A stretch of DNA of 64,000 nucleotides, taken from Candidatus Omnitrophota bacterium. GTDB lineage: Bacteria; Omnitrophota; Gorgyraeia; VGKH01. The stretch spans positions 160,480-224,479 of the forward strand of contig JAKLEP010000002.1 in the NCBI GenBank assembly GCA_022703055.1, read 5' to 3'. How positions within the stretch are numbered: position 1 is the stretch's first letter; every line of letters begins with the position of its first letter. The notes below the pieces were generated by a model that was given only the letters and a program-made list of their open reading frames with translations, was not told the DNA's origin and made no database searches. A program made the position numbers and the translations under genes. This document shows positions 21,456 to 30,889 of the stretch, piece by piece.

Positions 21456-22689
21456 TTTTTCGCTCCATTATTTCTTCAAAAGCCCGAACTATATATTCCA
21501 AATCTTCCGTTTTAAGATACTGATGGGCCCCTATATAAAATCCATTCTCGCCGACAAATTCGGCGTTTGGCAGCTTGCCTTTATAAATTTTCTTGAGGTG
21601 GGAGTAAGCCGGCTGCTGCAGAGGAACGCATCCAAAAAGCGGCCTTGTCTCTACGCCTCTTTTCTCCAATTCCATCCTTAATGCTTTACGGCAGATAACT
21701 CTCGGTTTCCTAATTACCAACGGATATGCCAGATAGCTTACGCAGGAAGAATAATCGGGCAGCTGTAATATTCCGGAATATTTAGAAAGTTTTTCATTCA
21801 AATACTTAACGATCCTCTGGCGCTTGCTTATTATGTCATTAATCTTGCCTAATTGTGCCAGGGCTATAGCAGCTTGAAATTCCATTGTTTTAAAATTATA
21901 ACCTATTAAATCATGCAAAAACCGCGGATCAAAATCATCTGCCTTGCCATCATGGTATTTAAGATAGGGGCATATTCCTTTGCTTCGGGTGCATATTCTA
22001 CATTCGCATAACCTGCCATTAGTTTTGATTTTCTTTGAGAGGCGGTAAATATCGTAATGATTGGTAACGATTGCCCCCATTTCCCCCGCTTGGATATTAT
22101 GGGCGATGTAAAAGGAAAAAACACCTGCATCTGCCGCGGCACCGCATTTCTTGCCGCGATAAACTGACCCGTGAGCCTCCGAAGCATCATCCAAAACAAT
22201 CAAATTATATTTCTTGGCGATTGATTTTATCTTGTCTATCTGGACGGAAAAGCCCATTAAATCAACGGGAAGAATAATACTGTATTTGTTTTTATCTTTG
22301 GCTTTTATTAGGTGTCTTTCTACGGCCTCTGGGCTAATGCCAAAAGTAAAAGGATCTATATCTACGAATACCGGCTCAAATCCAGCTAGAACAATAGCGT
22401 GAATTACAGAGATATAAGTTAACGGCGAGGTAATAATCTTAGGCCGATTTTCTAATTTGTACAAATATTTTAGCGCGGTTAAAACAGTAATCAGGGCTGC
22501 TGTCCCGGAGCTGGTGGCAACACAATACTTTGCACCGATAAAATCCGCCCATTTCTTTTCAAATTCATAGGTTTTAGCGCCTTCTGTTATCCTCCCGGAA
22601 TCCAGTACCTCCAGCACATTCTTTCTTTCCTCAGGACCTATTTCCAGCCATCCCACAGATATTCTTCTCATATTTTTATTTCTTTTCAT
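21448..22689 (-). CDS. PMP/PLP-dependent sugar 3-dehydratase-like enzyme (E1/RfbH/ColD type) of the DegT family
   Basis: DegT-fold protein whose cofactor Lys position is His (SFYIAHNIQAGEMG, against SFYPTKNLGAFGDAG in the 11270..12376 paralog). It also carries a Cys cluster, GRLCECRICTRSKGIC, resembling the GRDCYCAPGCDNTC [2Fe-2S] motif of E1/RfbH. Start is set at ATG 22689 (TGATG overlap with the gmd stop). Confidence 0.65.
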   Translation of the reverse strand: MKRNKNMRRISVGWLEIGPEERKNVLEVLDSGRITEGAKTYEFEKKWADFIGAKYCVATSSGTAALITVLTALKYLYKLENRPKIITSPLTYISVIHAIVLAGFEPVFVDIDPFTFGISPEAVERHLIKAKDKNKYSIILPVDLMGFSVQIDKIKSIAKKYNLIVLDDASEAHGSVYRGKKCGAAADAGVFSFYIAHNIQAGEMGAIVTNHYDIYRLSKKIKTNGRLCECRICTRSKGICPYLKYHDGKADDFDPRFLHDLIGYNFKTMEFQAAIALAQLGKINDIISKRQRIVKYLNEKLSKYSGILQLPDYSSCVSYLAYPLVIRKPRVICRKALRMELEKRGVETRPLFGCVPLQQPAYSHLKKIYKGKLPNAEFVGENGFYIGAHQYLKTEDLEYIVRAFEEIMERKNG

Positions 22690-23732
22690 CAATCAACACT
22701 CCACCATTTCCTTGGAAATTTTTCTTTTAACATCTTGTCTCCTTCGCCGATCGGCTTAAGCCCTGCCGCGCGCATGTCTGCATCCACCATTATTTTAACC
22801 AGGTCGCTGAATTTGACTTTGGGTTGCCAGCCAAATGTCTTTTTAGCTTTGCTTGTATCCGCAATCAATTCTCCGACTTCAGTAGGACGAAAATATCTCG
22901 GGTCAATCTTTACGAATTTCTTGGAATCTAGGCCTGCGTAGGAAAACGCCTCATCAACAAATGCCTTCACCGAATGAGATTCTCCCGTGCCAAGCACAAA
23001 ATCATCCGGCTTGCCCTGCTGGAGGATTTGCCACATTGCTTCTACATATTCCGGAGCATAGCCCCAGTCTCTTTTTGCCTCCAAATTTCCCAAATAAAGA
23101 TAATCCTGTTTTTTAGCTAGGATTGCAGCGATCGCGCGTGTTATTTTACGGGTAACAAAAGTCTCGCCGCGCCTGGGAGATTCGTGATTAAATAATATTC
23201 CATTTGATGCAAATATCTTGTATCCTTCCCTGTAATTTTTTATCATCCAATAACCATAAACTTTAGCGCAGGCATAGGGGCTTCTCGGCTGGAATGGAGT
23301 ATTTTCATTTTGCGGCGGCTTGGACGAACCAAACATTTCGCTCGATGATGCCTGGTAAAATTTGATGTTGCTTGCGCTTCTTTTGATAGCTTCAAGGATT
23401 CTGGTCGCGCCTAAGGCGGTAATATTTCCGGTATATTCGGGGATATCAAAGCTAACTCTTACGTGGGACTGCGCTCCTAGATGATAAATCTCGTCCGGCT
23501 TGATATTATAAACTATATTGGAAACCTGTTCGGAATCGGAAAGGTCGCCGTAATGAAGAAAAAGTTTTGCTCCTGATTTATGGGGATCGATATAAATGTG
23601 GTTAATCCTCGCGGTATTGAAAGTGCTGGCTCGCCTGATAATCCCATGGACTTCATATCCTTTTGACAAAAGAAACTCTGCCAGATATGAACCATCCTGC
23701 CCAGTTATGCCGGTAATTAATGCTTTATTCAT
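22689..23732 (-). CDS. gmd: GDP-mannose 4,6-dehydratase
   Basis: [34 protein letters not shown] is the canonical Gmd N-terminus; YACAKVY catalytic motif; 347 aa. Confidence 0.95.
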   Translation of the reverse strand: MNKALITGITGQDGSYLAEFLLSKGYEVHGIIRRASTFNTARINHIYIDPHKSGAKLFLHYGDLSDSEQVSNIVYNIKPDEIYHLGAQSHVRVSFDIPEYTGNITALGATRILEAIKRSASNIKFYQASSSEMFGSSKPPQNENTPFQPRSPYACAKVYGYWMIKNYREGYKIFASNGILFNHESPRRGETFVTRKITRAIAAILAKKQDYLYLGNLEAKRDWGYAPEYVEAMWQILQQGKPDDFVLGTGESHSVKAFVDEAFSYAGLDSKKFVKIDPRYFRPTEVGELIADTSKAKKTFGWQPKVKFSDLVKIMVDADMRAAGLKPIGEGDKMLKEKFPRKWWSVD

Positions 23733-23733
23733 C

Positions 23734-24555
23734 TTATCTTTTCTCCTTTAAGAAAATAATTCCGACTTTGATTCTCAAAAAATACATACTTAATGCCAAT
23801 ATCGGATGCATCAGAAGTCTTTTCCACTTTCCCTTTTCCAAGAAGACTCCGAAATACCTATAACCAAAGCCTAATTGCTTCTTTATAATAGGATCTTTTT
23901 TGCCCCATTTTTCTGCGTACCGCCTAAATGAGATGGCATAATATTCTTTTTTATCTAAATATCGTTTTAAGTTAAACCCTGATTCATTATGAAACAAAAT
24001 AGAATTTGTGATTCCTGTTTTGCCTGCCCTGTTTATTCTCCTGTCAAAATCCCAATCTTCCGGGCCGTTTAGGGTCTCGTCAAATCCGCCGATCTCAAGA
24101 AATTTGTCCCTTCTTCCGAATCTAACGGCATCAATACAGGTCGCATTGTAGAAACTGCGCTCAAAATCCCTTACCCTTATCCAAAAACCTTCACCCCTGA
24201 TCTTCTCTGGTATATACAAAGCGATGAAGCCCCCATTTTGACAAAGCGAAACCGATTCCTTAATCAAATCGCGGGACAAAATCATATCCGCATCAAGATA
24301 AAGCACGTATTCTCCTTTTGCCTCTTTCATGCCAAGATTTCTTTGCGCAGCGCGTTCAGGACCAAAATTGTAGACTTTATCGGTGAATCTTTTAGCTATC
24401 TCTTTGGTTTTATCAGCAGAATTATTATCGACGATGATTAACTCAATATTGTCTCGAGGATAAGTTTGGATTTCAATACTCTGGATACAATTCAGGATAT
24501 TCTTTTCTTCGTTTCTTGTAGTTATTATTACAGAAACACTGGGAAAACTAGCCAT
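23734..24555 (-). CDS. GT2-family glycosyltransferase
   Basis: [31 protein letters not shown] motifs. Start is set at Met22 of the track ORF (ATG 24555, GGAGG about 9 nt upstream, just after the upstream stop). Confidence 0.8.
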   Translation of the reverse strand: MASFPSVSVIITTRNEEKNILNCIQSIEIQTYPRDNIELIIVDNNSADKTKEIAKRFTDKVYNFGPERAAQRNLGMKEAKGEYVLYLDADMILSRDLIKESVSLCQNGGFIALYIPEKIRGEGFWIRVRDFERSFYNATCIDAVRFGRRDKFLEIGGFDETLNGPEDWDFDRRINRAGKTGITNSILFHNESGFNLKRYLDKKEYYAISFRRYAEKWGKKDPIIKKQLGFGYRYFGVFLEKGKWKRLLMHPILALSMYFLRIKVGIIFLKEKR

Positions 24556-24557
24556 TT

Positions 24558-25796
24558 TTATGCCTCCGCCCAAGAGATTCTCATAAATATAAGAAATAAC
24601 GTTGCTGAAGATACGCATAAAACAATCAGAACCGCTGCCAGCGTTGAATGGAATAATAAAATCGCTAAAGTCTGCAAAACAGTTGCTAAGATCAAGAATT
24701 TAATGAACTTAAAATTGTTTACGGAAAGTAGATAAAAAGACACTACATTAACGATCCCGAATAAACTCATGGCAACAGAAAACAACCTGCCAAGCAAAAC
24801 CGAAGCAGGATTTGACTTACCTGTTATCAACCCCAATAAGTTTGCAGGAAATAAATTATAAACCGATATACACGCAAAACATAATAACGCCGAGAAAAGC
24901 AAAGCTTTATTTAATACATGGTGATGTTGTTTTTCCTCTGCTAAAAGATTCGCCGCCCTGGGAAACAAAACCAAGGCTATCGGGCTGGGGATAAAAAATA
25001 AAATCTTACCGATAAACTGAGCTATGGCATAGTTTCCCGCATCCTGGGGGCTGAAAAAGTGCTTCACTAACACCATATCGATATTGGTAAGCGCCATCAT
25101 AGTCAGCATAAATAACATAGACGGTATGAAATAACAGTACATTTCCTTTATTTCCTTGACTTCGACCTGAACTCTGTCTTTCATTGCAATAATAACTTCT
25201 CTTATCGGAAGAACATACAGCATAATACCAAGCAATAATGAGATCATAAAACCGACTAAACCACCGATGATATTCAAGCCTGCCTTTACAAAAATAAATG
25301 TGAAAATAATCTTAATCAGCCCAGAAATAATGCTTATAGTGCCTTCCCAATAGAATTTCTCCATCCCTTGGAGAAATCCCGAAAGAACCGGATAAATGGC
25401 GCTCAAAAACAGTATCGAGGCTAAATAATTTATATATATGTCGGATCCGATATTCAGAAAATATGCGATCTTTTCTCTCAACAACAAAACCAATCCAACA
25501 ATAATCAGCCCGATAAAAAGATTATGCTTCAAGAAAATAAAAAACAGGCTGGATATTTTATTAATCTTTTCGCGTATATTAAAGGCTGAAATGAATTTTA
25601 TCACCATCGTCCGGAATGCCGCTATAGGCATTGCTATAATCAAAAGCAAAGATATTAAAGAAGATAAAATCCCATATTCAATTTCAGTCAGGTTACGAAC
25701 TAATACCAATTGGTATATAAGATTGGTTAGGCTGGAAAAGCTTGCTGCGAAAAACATAAAAATGGCGTTTTTTGAGAATTTATCGTTTAAGTTCAT
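24558..25796 (-). CDS. Wzx-like polysaccharide/oligosaccharide flippase (MOP superfamily)
   Basis: 412 aa and about 12 hydrophobic helices. The N-terminus KNAIFMFFAASFSSLTNLIYQLVLVRNL is typical of flippases. Located in the glycan cluster. Confidence 0.65.
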   Translation of the reverse strand: MNLNDKFSKNAIFMFFAASFSSLTNLIYQLVLVRNLTEIEYGILSSLISLLLIIAMPIAAFRTMVIKFISAFNIREKINKISSLFFIFLKHNLFIGLIIVGLVLLLREKIAYFLNIGSDIYINYLASILFLSAIYPVLSGFLQGMEKFYWEGTISIISGLIKIIFTFIFVKAGLNIIGGLVGFMISLLLGIMLYVLPIREVIIAMKDRVQVEVKEIKEMYCYFIPSMLFMLTMMALTNIDMVLVKHFFSPQDAGNYAIAQFIGKILFFIPSPIALVLFPRAANLLAEEKQHHHVLNKALLFSALLCFACISVYNLFPANLLGLITGKSNPASVLLGRLFSVAMSLFGIVNVVSFYLLSVNNFKFIKFLILATVLQTLAILLFHSTLAAVLIVLCVSSATLFLIFMRISWAEA

Positions 25797-25802
25797 AGCT
25801 AT

Positions 25803-27266
25803 TTAACTCGTTTTAGCTTTAGAGCTAAAATCAAAAATATGACCCAAAACCTTAAAACCTGCCCTAAAGAAATAGCTCAGGTCGTGAAAATCCCTTATTG
25901 AGGTAAAACGATTCAGTAAAAATTCCGGATTGAATGCTATCTTATAAATCTCCTGAACTAAATTCATAAGTTTTTCTTCGGAGAAATTCACGCTCATAAT
26001 AGGCTCTTTCATGTCGTATCGATCCCAATCTAAAGTCTTAAGCCACCCATTTCGCTTACATTCATCAAAAAGTCTTGAGCCAGGATAAGGAATCACGATC
26101 GTTGCCTGCATGGTATAGGCATAGCCTTTCTTAAGAAGTGATTTGCCTAAATTTAAAGTATTTAGCGCATCGCTATAATCTTCCCAGGGATAACCAAACA
26201 TGATTGTGATATGCGGGAATAATCCTTCTTCTCTGGCAAGCTTACAAGATTCAATTATTTGCTCGGTAGTCAAATTCTTGTTGATCCTATCAAGAGTTTT
26301 TTGATTTGCCGACTCAAGGCCAAAAAGAAGCAGGCGAAAACCCGCCTGCTTCATCAGCCGATAATCTTCCTTGGTTAAAGCGCCAAAACGCATATTGCAA
26401 TCGATAGACACCTTTTTATTATAGCCTCGCTCAATCATGCCTTTGCAAAAATTCCTTAGCCACTCGCCTACCGGGAATGTCCCTGTGTCGTCCATAATCT
26501 CTTTGACCGAATATTGGCTTATCAATTTACCGATTTCGTCCAACACGTTTTCAACACTGCGAACCCTAAACGACGGATACAAAGTCGGCCAGGAACAAAA
26601 TGTGCATTTGGCCCACCAGCAATCCCTTCCGGACATAATGTAGGTTCCGGGCAATCTTCTATAATTGCCGTTTTTATAGGCATAGGTTTTCCACTTAGTC
26701 AGATCCCTGTCGATAAAAGGCAAAGAATCTAGATCATGATTTAATTTAAACTCTCCGCTGTTTTTGACCTGCCCCTTATCGCGGTACCAAATCCCCGGCT
26801 CAAATTCTTTGCGATTATTCTCCAGGTTGTCGCACAGATTCGCTAAAAGAAAATCATAATCTCCGCCACAAAGCACAAAATCTACCTTAGAATTATTAAA
26901 AGATTCCTCTGGCAAGGCTGTTACATGATCGCCGAACAAAACGCACTTTATTTTTGGCCTTATTGACTTTAATTGGTCAATAATACTCCAATGCTGTTTT
27001 ACAACCGGCGTTTTTGTTTCAAAAGCAATTAGATCAGGGTTATTCTTGATTATAAAATTGAGGAAGTCGCCCCAATTCATACCTTCGGATATGCAATCAT
27101 TCCATAGGACTTCATGGCCTTGGCTTTTAAGCAAAGTGGCTGCCTGGGCAGGAACAACAGGATAAATATAGGTCGGCTCTTTAAAATACTGAAATTGCCT
27201 GTTTTGACCTAAAGTAGGATGCCCTTTATCTGTCTTTAAAGGCGGGTAAGATATAATTACCTTCAA
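25803..27266 (-). CDS. B12-binding-domain radical SAM enzyme
   Basis: N-terminal cobalamin-binding-like Rossmann region, then GRDCWWAKCTFCSWP...FRVRSVENVLDEI at the radical SAM core position; 487 aa. The start codon is TTG. Confidence 0.7.
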   Translation of the reverse strand: MKVIISYPPLKTDKGHPTLGQNRQFQYFKEPTYIYPVVPAQAATLLKSQGHEVLWNDCISEGMNWGDFLNFIIKNNPDLIAFETKTPVVKQHWSIIDQLKSIRPKIKCVLFGDHVTALPEESFNNSKVDFVLCGGDYDFLLANLCDNLENNRKEFEPGIWYRDKGQVKNSGEFKLNHDLDSLPFIDRDLTKWKTYAYKNGNYRRLPGTYIMSGRDCWWAKCTFCSWPTLYPSFRVRSVENVLDEIGKLISQYSVKEIMDDTGTFPVGEWLRNFCKGMIERGYNKKVSIDCNMRFGALTKEDYRLMKQAGFRLLLFGLESANQKTLDRINKNLTTEQIIESCKLAREEGLFPHITIMFGYPWEDYSDALNTLNLGKSLLKKGYAYTMQATIVIPYPGSRLFDECKRNGWLKTLDWDRYDMKEPIMSVNFSEEKLMNLVQEIYKIAFNPEFLLNRFTSIRDFHDLSYFFRAGFKVLGHIFDFSSKAKTS

Positions 27267-27309
27267 TTTGGCCTAAACTCTCCTTCAAAAAAGCCCGATA
27301 CTCTATCTT

Positions 27310-28299
27310 TTAGGCTTTTTCCTCTTTTAATTTTGACTGAAATAGGCCTTTCAGGAAGAAAAACCCATATGCAATATGAGTTGTTATTATACCAAAAAAC
27401 TTAAGCAAAATCAACCTTAAGTCTTTGGAAATAGAAAAGATAAGAACGAGCAGAAAATAGACAGCTAATAAGGCAAGGTAAGCAATTTTTAGCTGGTGAG
27501 AGAATTGCGCAAGAACAAAACCTGACACTAAACCGATTAAAAACAAAGAAGGCAAGAAATATGTAAACTCAAAATTAGGATTCAGGCCTCTTTTAGTAAA
27601 ATATCCTCTATGCAACGCGTAACTTATTACCTGTTTTAAATGCGCTCTAAACAATGGCCTTCTATGATGGTAAACCAGGACCGCAGGATCATAGATTATT
27701 TTCTTATTTAATTTCCGCGTTACGGCCGCGCAAAGAAAAGTATCCTCACCCGGCCAGAAATTGGTGTTAAAACCTCCCAATTCGGCAAAAATATCGCGGC
27801 GGATAAGAAAGTTGCAGGACGGATAATCCCAGACAAAGCAGGCTTTCTTGGATTTGTACCTGAGGGCATGAAAACCGCTGACCAAAATCGACTCGTAGAC
27901 CTCTCCGCTCGCCTTTTGAAACAAAGAATCGCTTTTGGGCGTTATGGCAGGGCCGCAAACCGCAGCAATCCTGTTATTAGAAAAATGCCGCACAGCATTT
28001 CTTAGCCAATCGCCGAAGGGATAGGCATCATCGTCGATAAAAGCCAGGATGTCAGCATCGGTTTTATCTAAGGCAAAATCACGCTTCTTTGGCGGAGTGA
28101 TATTGCCGGTTGGAATAACTCTTATTCTGCTAGAATTAAACTTAAAGTTGCCATTATCTTCATCGGGAAGAATAATAATATCATAATTAGGATAATCTAA
28201 TTGCAGGCAATAATCGACGCACTCTTTTAAATTCTGATTCATCTCTTTTAAGGGGACAATTATAGAGACTTTCGGATTATTCTTTTGGAGGTTGGTCAT
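27310..28299 (-). CDS. GT2-family glycosyltransferase with C-terminal transmembrane segments
   Basis: VSIIVPLKEMNQNLKECV, FIDDDAYP (DxD), GEDTFLC, then hydrophobic helices at the C-terminus; 329 aa. Confidence 0.75.
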   Translation of the reverse strand: MTNLQKNNPKVSIIVPLKEMNQNLKECVDYCLQLDYPNYDIIILPDEDNGNFKFNSSRIRVIPTGNITPPKKRDFALDKTDADILAFIDDDAYPFGDWLRNAVRHFSNNRIAAVCGPAITPKSDSLFQKASGEVYESILVSGFHALRYKSKKACFVWDYPSCNFLIRRDIFAELGGFNTNFWPGEDTFLCAAVTRKLNKKIIYDPAVLVYHHRRPLFRAHLKQVISYALHRGYFTKRGLNPNFEFTYFLPSLFLIGLVSGFVLAQFSHQLKIAYLALLAVYFLLVLIFSISKDLRLILLKFFGIITTHIAYGFFFLKGLFQSKLKEEKA

Positions 28300-29026
28300 A
28301 ATATTTCAAAATATTTAAGCGATAAAAAATCGCTAAAGTGTCTATCCAAGTTTTATAAATTGACCTTATGCCAATCCGGCCGTATCTTTTTTGGGAATGT
28401 ACCACAACCGGCGCCTCTACTATGCGATAACCCAAATGGCGGGCATTAACAAGCACCTCAAGATCATAGGCAAATTCCTTGACTAAAATTTTAGGCAGAA
28501 CCTTCTCTAGAACTTCTGCCTTAAATAGCTTCAGGCCCGTCTGGGTATCATGAATCGGCAAACCGAATAATATCTTAATAAGAAAGAAATATACGCGGCT
28601 GACTATCTTTCTGTGCCAGGGATAGATTATTTTTGAATCGGGGTGCATTTTCGAGCCAATAACCACATCTGCGTCATTCGCGCGCATTATGTCAAAGAAA
28701 TTTTGCAGCTGTCTCGGATGCAGTTCCATATCTGCATCGAGAAATATTGCGTATTTTCCGCTTATGTAGCGGAATCCTTTCTTGATCGCCCTACCCTTGC
28801 CGAAATTAGAAAGATTTCTCTTTACGATAACCTGGCTTTTGTTTTTGGCGATCTCGGATGCGATTTCAAATGTATTGTCGCTAGAGCCGTCATCGATTAC
28901 AACTATCTCATAGTCACAACCAAACTCATCAAAAGTGCGGATTGTCTCCTCTATATTATCTTTTAAATGGTAGGCTTCATTGTAGGCTGGAAGCAAAATT
29001 GAGACTTTTCCGTCGAGATTCTTCAT
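28277..29026 (-). CDS. GT2 polyprenol-phosphate glycosyltransferase (Dpm1/ArnC/GtrB-like)
   Basis: VSILLPAYNEAYHL, IVVIDDGSSDNT, FLDADME, DTQTGLKLF motifs; 249 aa. Confidence 0.75.
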   Translation of the reverse strand: MKNLDGKVSILLPAYNEAYHLKDNIEETIRTFDEFGCDYEIVVIDDGSSDNTFEIASEIAKNKSQVIVKRNLSNFGKGRAIKKGFRYISGKYAIFLDADMELHPRQLQNFFDIMRANDADVVIGSKMHPDSKIIYPWHRKIVSRVYFFLIKILFGLPIHDTQTGLKLFKAEVLEKVLPKILVKEFAYDLEVLVNARHLGYRIVEAPVVVHSQKRYGRIGIRSIYKTWIDTLAIFYRLNILKYYDQPPKE

Positions 29027-29033
29027 TTTATAA

Positions 29034-29975
29034 TTAGGATATTCTAAACCAGGAAATCGTTCTTTCTAATCCCTCTTTAAGCGGGGTCTTGGGTTGCCAC
29101 TTAAGCAGGCGTTTGGCTTGAGCTATTATCGGCTTGCGCTGCTTGGGATCATCTTGCGGAAGAGGCTTATAAACAATCCTACTCTTGCTGCCGGTAAGTT
29201 TGAGGACTATACGAGCTAATTCTTTTATAGTAAATTCGTTGGGATTGCCGATATTTATCGGCGTATGTATATCAGAATGCATTAACTTTATTATGCCTTC
29301 CACCAAATCATCTATGTAACAAAAAGAACGCGTCTGGCTTCCGTCGCCGTAAACGGTTATGGGAATATTTTTCAGAGCCTGGTCAATAAAATTAGGCACA
29401 GCCCTTCCATCTTGTCTTCTCATGCGCGGTCCGTAGGTATTAAAAATTCTGATAATCCTGCTGTCTATTTTATGAACTCTATGGTAAGCCATGGTTATTG
29501 CTTCGGCAAAACGCTTGGCTTCATCATAAACTCCGCGCGGCCCGATAGGATTGACATGGCCCCAATATGATTCCGGCTGCGGATGAACCAATGGATCGCC
29601 ATACACTTCCGATGTTGAAGCAAGCATGAACTTAGCTTTTTTGGCTTTTGCTAAGCCAAGGGCGTTATGAGTTCCTAAAGCACCGACTTTCAAAGTCTGA
29701 ATCGGGTACATCATATAATCAACCGGGCTTGCCGGCGAAGCAAAATGCAGGATATAATCGACGCTGCCCTTGATTTTAATAGGTTTGGATATATCATGTC
29801 TTACAAATTTGAAATTATTCTTTTTTAGAAGCTGAGTGATATTCTTCATATCACCGCTGATTAGATTATCCACACAGATCACATTGAGTTTTTTCTCAAC
29901 AAATCTATCGCAAAGGTGGCTCCCGATAAAGCCTGCCCCGCCGGTAACTAACACTGTCTTCATTTTTGAAACCAT
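29034..29975 (-). CDS. UDP-glucuronate decarboxylase (UDP-xylose synthase)
   Basis: [33 protein letters not shown] (Y-x3-K), [17 protein letters not shown], typical of UXS/ArnA-C-terminal-type decarboxylases. An alternative start lies at ATG 29963. Confidence 0.8.
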   Translation of the reverse strand: MVSKMKTVLVTGGAGFIGSHLCDRFVEKKLNVICVDNLISGDMKNITQLLKKNNFKFVRHDISKPIKIKGSVDYILHFASPASPVDYMMYPIQTLKVGALGTHNALGLAKAKKAKFMLASTSEVYGDPLVHPQPESYWGHVNPIGPRGVYDEAKRFAEAITMAYHRVHKIDSRIIRIFNTYGPRMRRQDGRAVPNFIDQALKNIPITVYGDGSQTRSFCYIDDLVEGIIKLMHSDIHTPINIGNPNEFTIKELARIVLKLTGSKSRIVYKPLPQDDPKQRKPIIAQAKRLLKWQPKTPLKEGLERTISWFRIS

Positions 29976-30889
29976 GAGATCGTCCTCTTCAATCCTTCCT
30001 TGAAATCTACTTTTGTTTTATATCCCAATACTTTTCTTGCCAGAGATATATAAGCTTGAGTTTTAAAGACATCTCCCGGTCTTGGTTTAGCAAAAGCAGG
30101 TTTAAGCGATTTATTCATAAGCTTATTAAGAATATCTACCAGTCCTAAAACTGACGCTGCTTTTCCATAACCTATATTGATAACTTCGCATTTTAATCCG
30201 CTTCTTAAGGCGGAAGCCATATTTGCCTCCACTACATTATCAATGTAAACAAAATCCCGGGATTGCTTACCCGTGCCGAAAATCGGAGGCGGTTGGTTAG
30301 CCAGCATGCAAGTTATGAACTTGGATATTACCCCTGCATATTCATCATCCGGAGCCTGCTTGGGCCCAAACACATTAAAATACCTTAAGCTTACGGTTTC
30401 TAAACCGTAATTTTTGCTAAATACTCTACAATAATGCTCACCTGCAAGCTTATTCAGGGCATATACAGATATGGGCTGAGGTATATCGCTTTCTCTTTCA
30501 GGAAGCTTTTTAGTATCTCCGTATACGGCGCTTGTTGAGGCAAAAACGAAACGTTTAACAGCAGTATCAACCGATGCCTTTAAGAGATTTAGCGTCCCCC
30601 CAATATTTACTTCATTGTATTCATCGGGATTTTTCATCGAACCAGGAACCGAACGAAGCGCCGCATGGTGCAAAACAAAATCCACCCCATATGTAGCCTT
30701 CTTGACAGCATCTAGATTTCTAATATCTCCATTAATAAATTCTATATCTTTTAAAACTGGCGATAAGTTCTCCATCTTTCCGAAAGACAGATTATCCAAA
30801 ACCCTGACCGAATGTCCGTCTTTGACCAATCTTTCGACGAGATTGGAACCGATAAAACCTGCTCCTCCGGTAACTAGGAATTTGCTCAT
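29960..30889 (-). CDS. NAD-dependent nucleotide-sugar 4-epimerase (TviC/WbpP-like)
   Basis: [27 protein letters not shown] (Y-x3-K); 309 aa. Translationally coupled (ATGA) to the upstream TviB-like dehydrogenase. Confidence 0.75.
   Translation of the reverse strand: MSKFLVTGGAGFIGSNLVERLVKDGHSVRVLDNLSFGKMENLSPVLKDIEFINGDIRNLDAVKKATYGVDFVLHHAALRSVPGSMKNPDEYNEVNIGGTLNLLKASVDTAVKRFVFASTSAVYGDTKKLPERESDIPQPISVYALNKLAGEHYCRVFSKNYGLETVSLRYFNVFGPKQAPDDEYAGVISKFITCMLANQPPPIFGTGKQSRDFVYIDNVVEANMASALRSGLKCEVINIGYGKAASVLGLVDILNKLMNKSLKPAFAKPRPGDVFKTQAYISLARKVLGYKTKVDFKEGLKRTISWFQK

Noticed and set aside
21906-22199. 97-aa minus-strand ORF nested within the 3-dehydrase-like gene. Similar nested minus-strand ORFs lie at 23513..23695, 27767..27958, 33761..34003, 43377..43559, 43782..43979, 45633..45890 and 51414..51602.
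   Set aside because: They are alternative-frame ORFs inside longer genes with strong family signatures, and nothing supports them independently.
27267-27309. AAAAGCC...GGCTTTTTT hairpin between the GT2 and radical SAM genes as a possible terminator
   Set aside because: The stem is only 6-7 A/T-rich base pairs with a 17-nt loop, and it overlaps the likely RBS region of the next gene. This is too weak to call.
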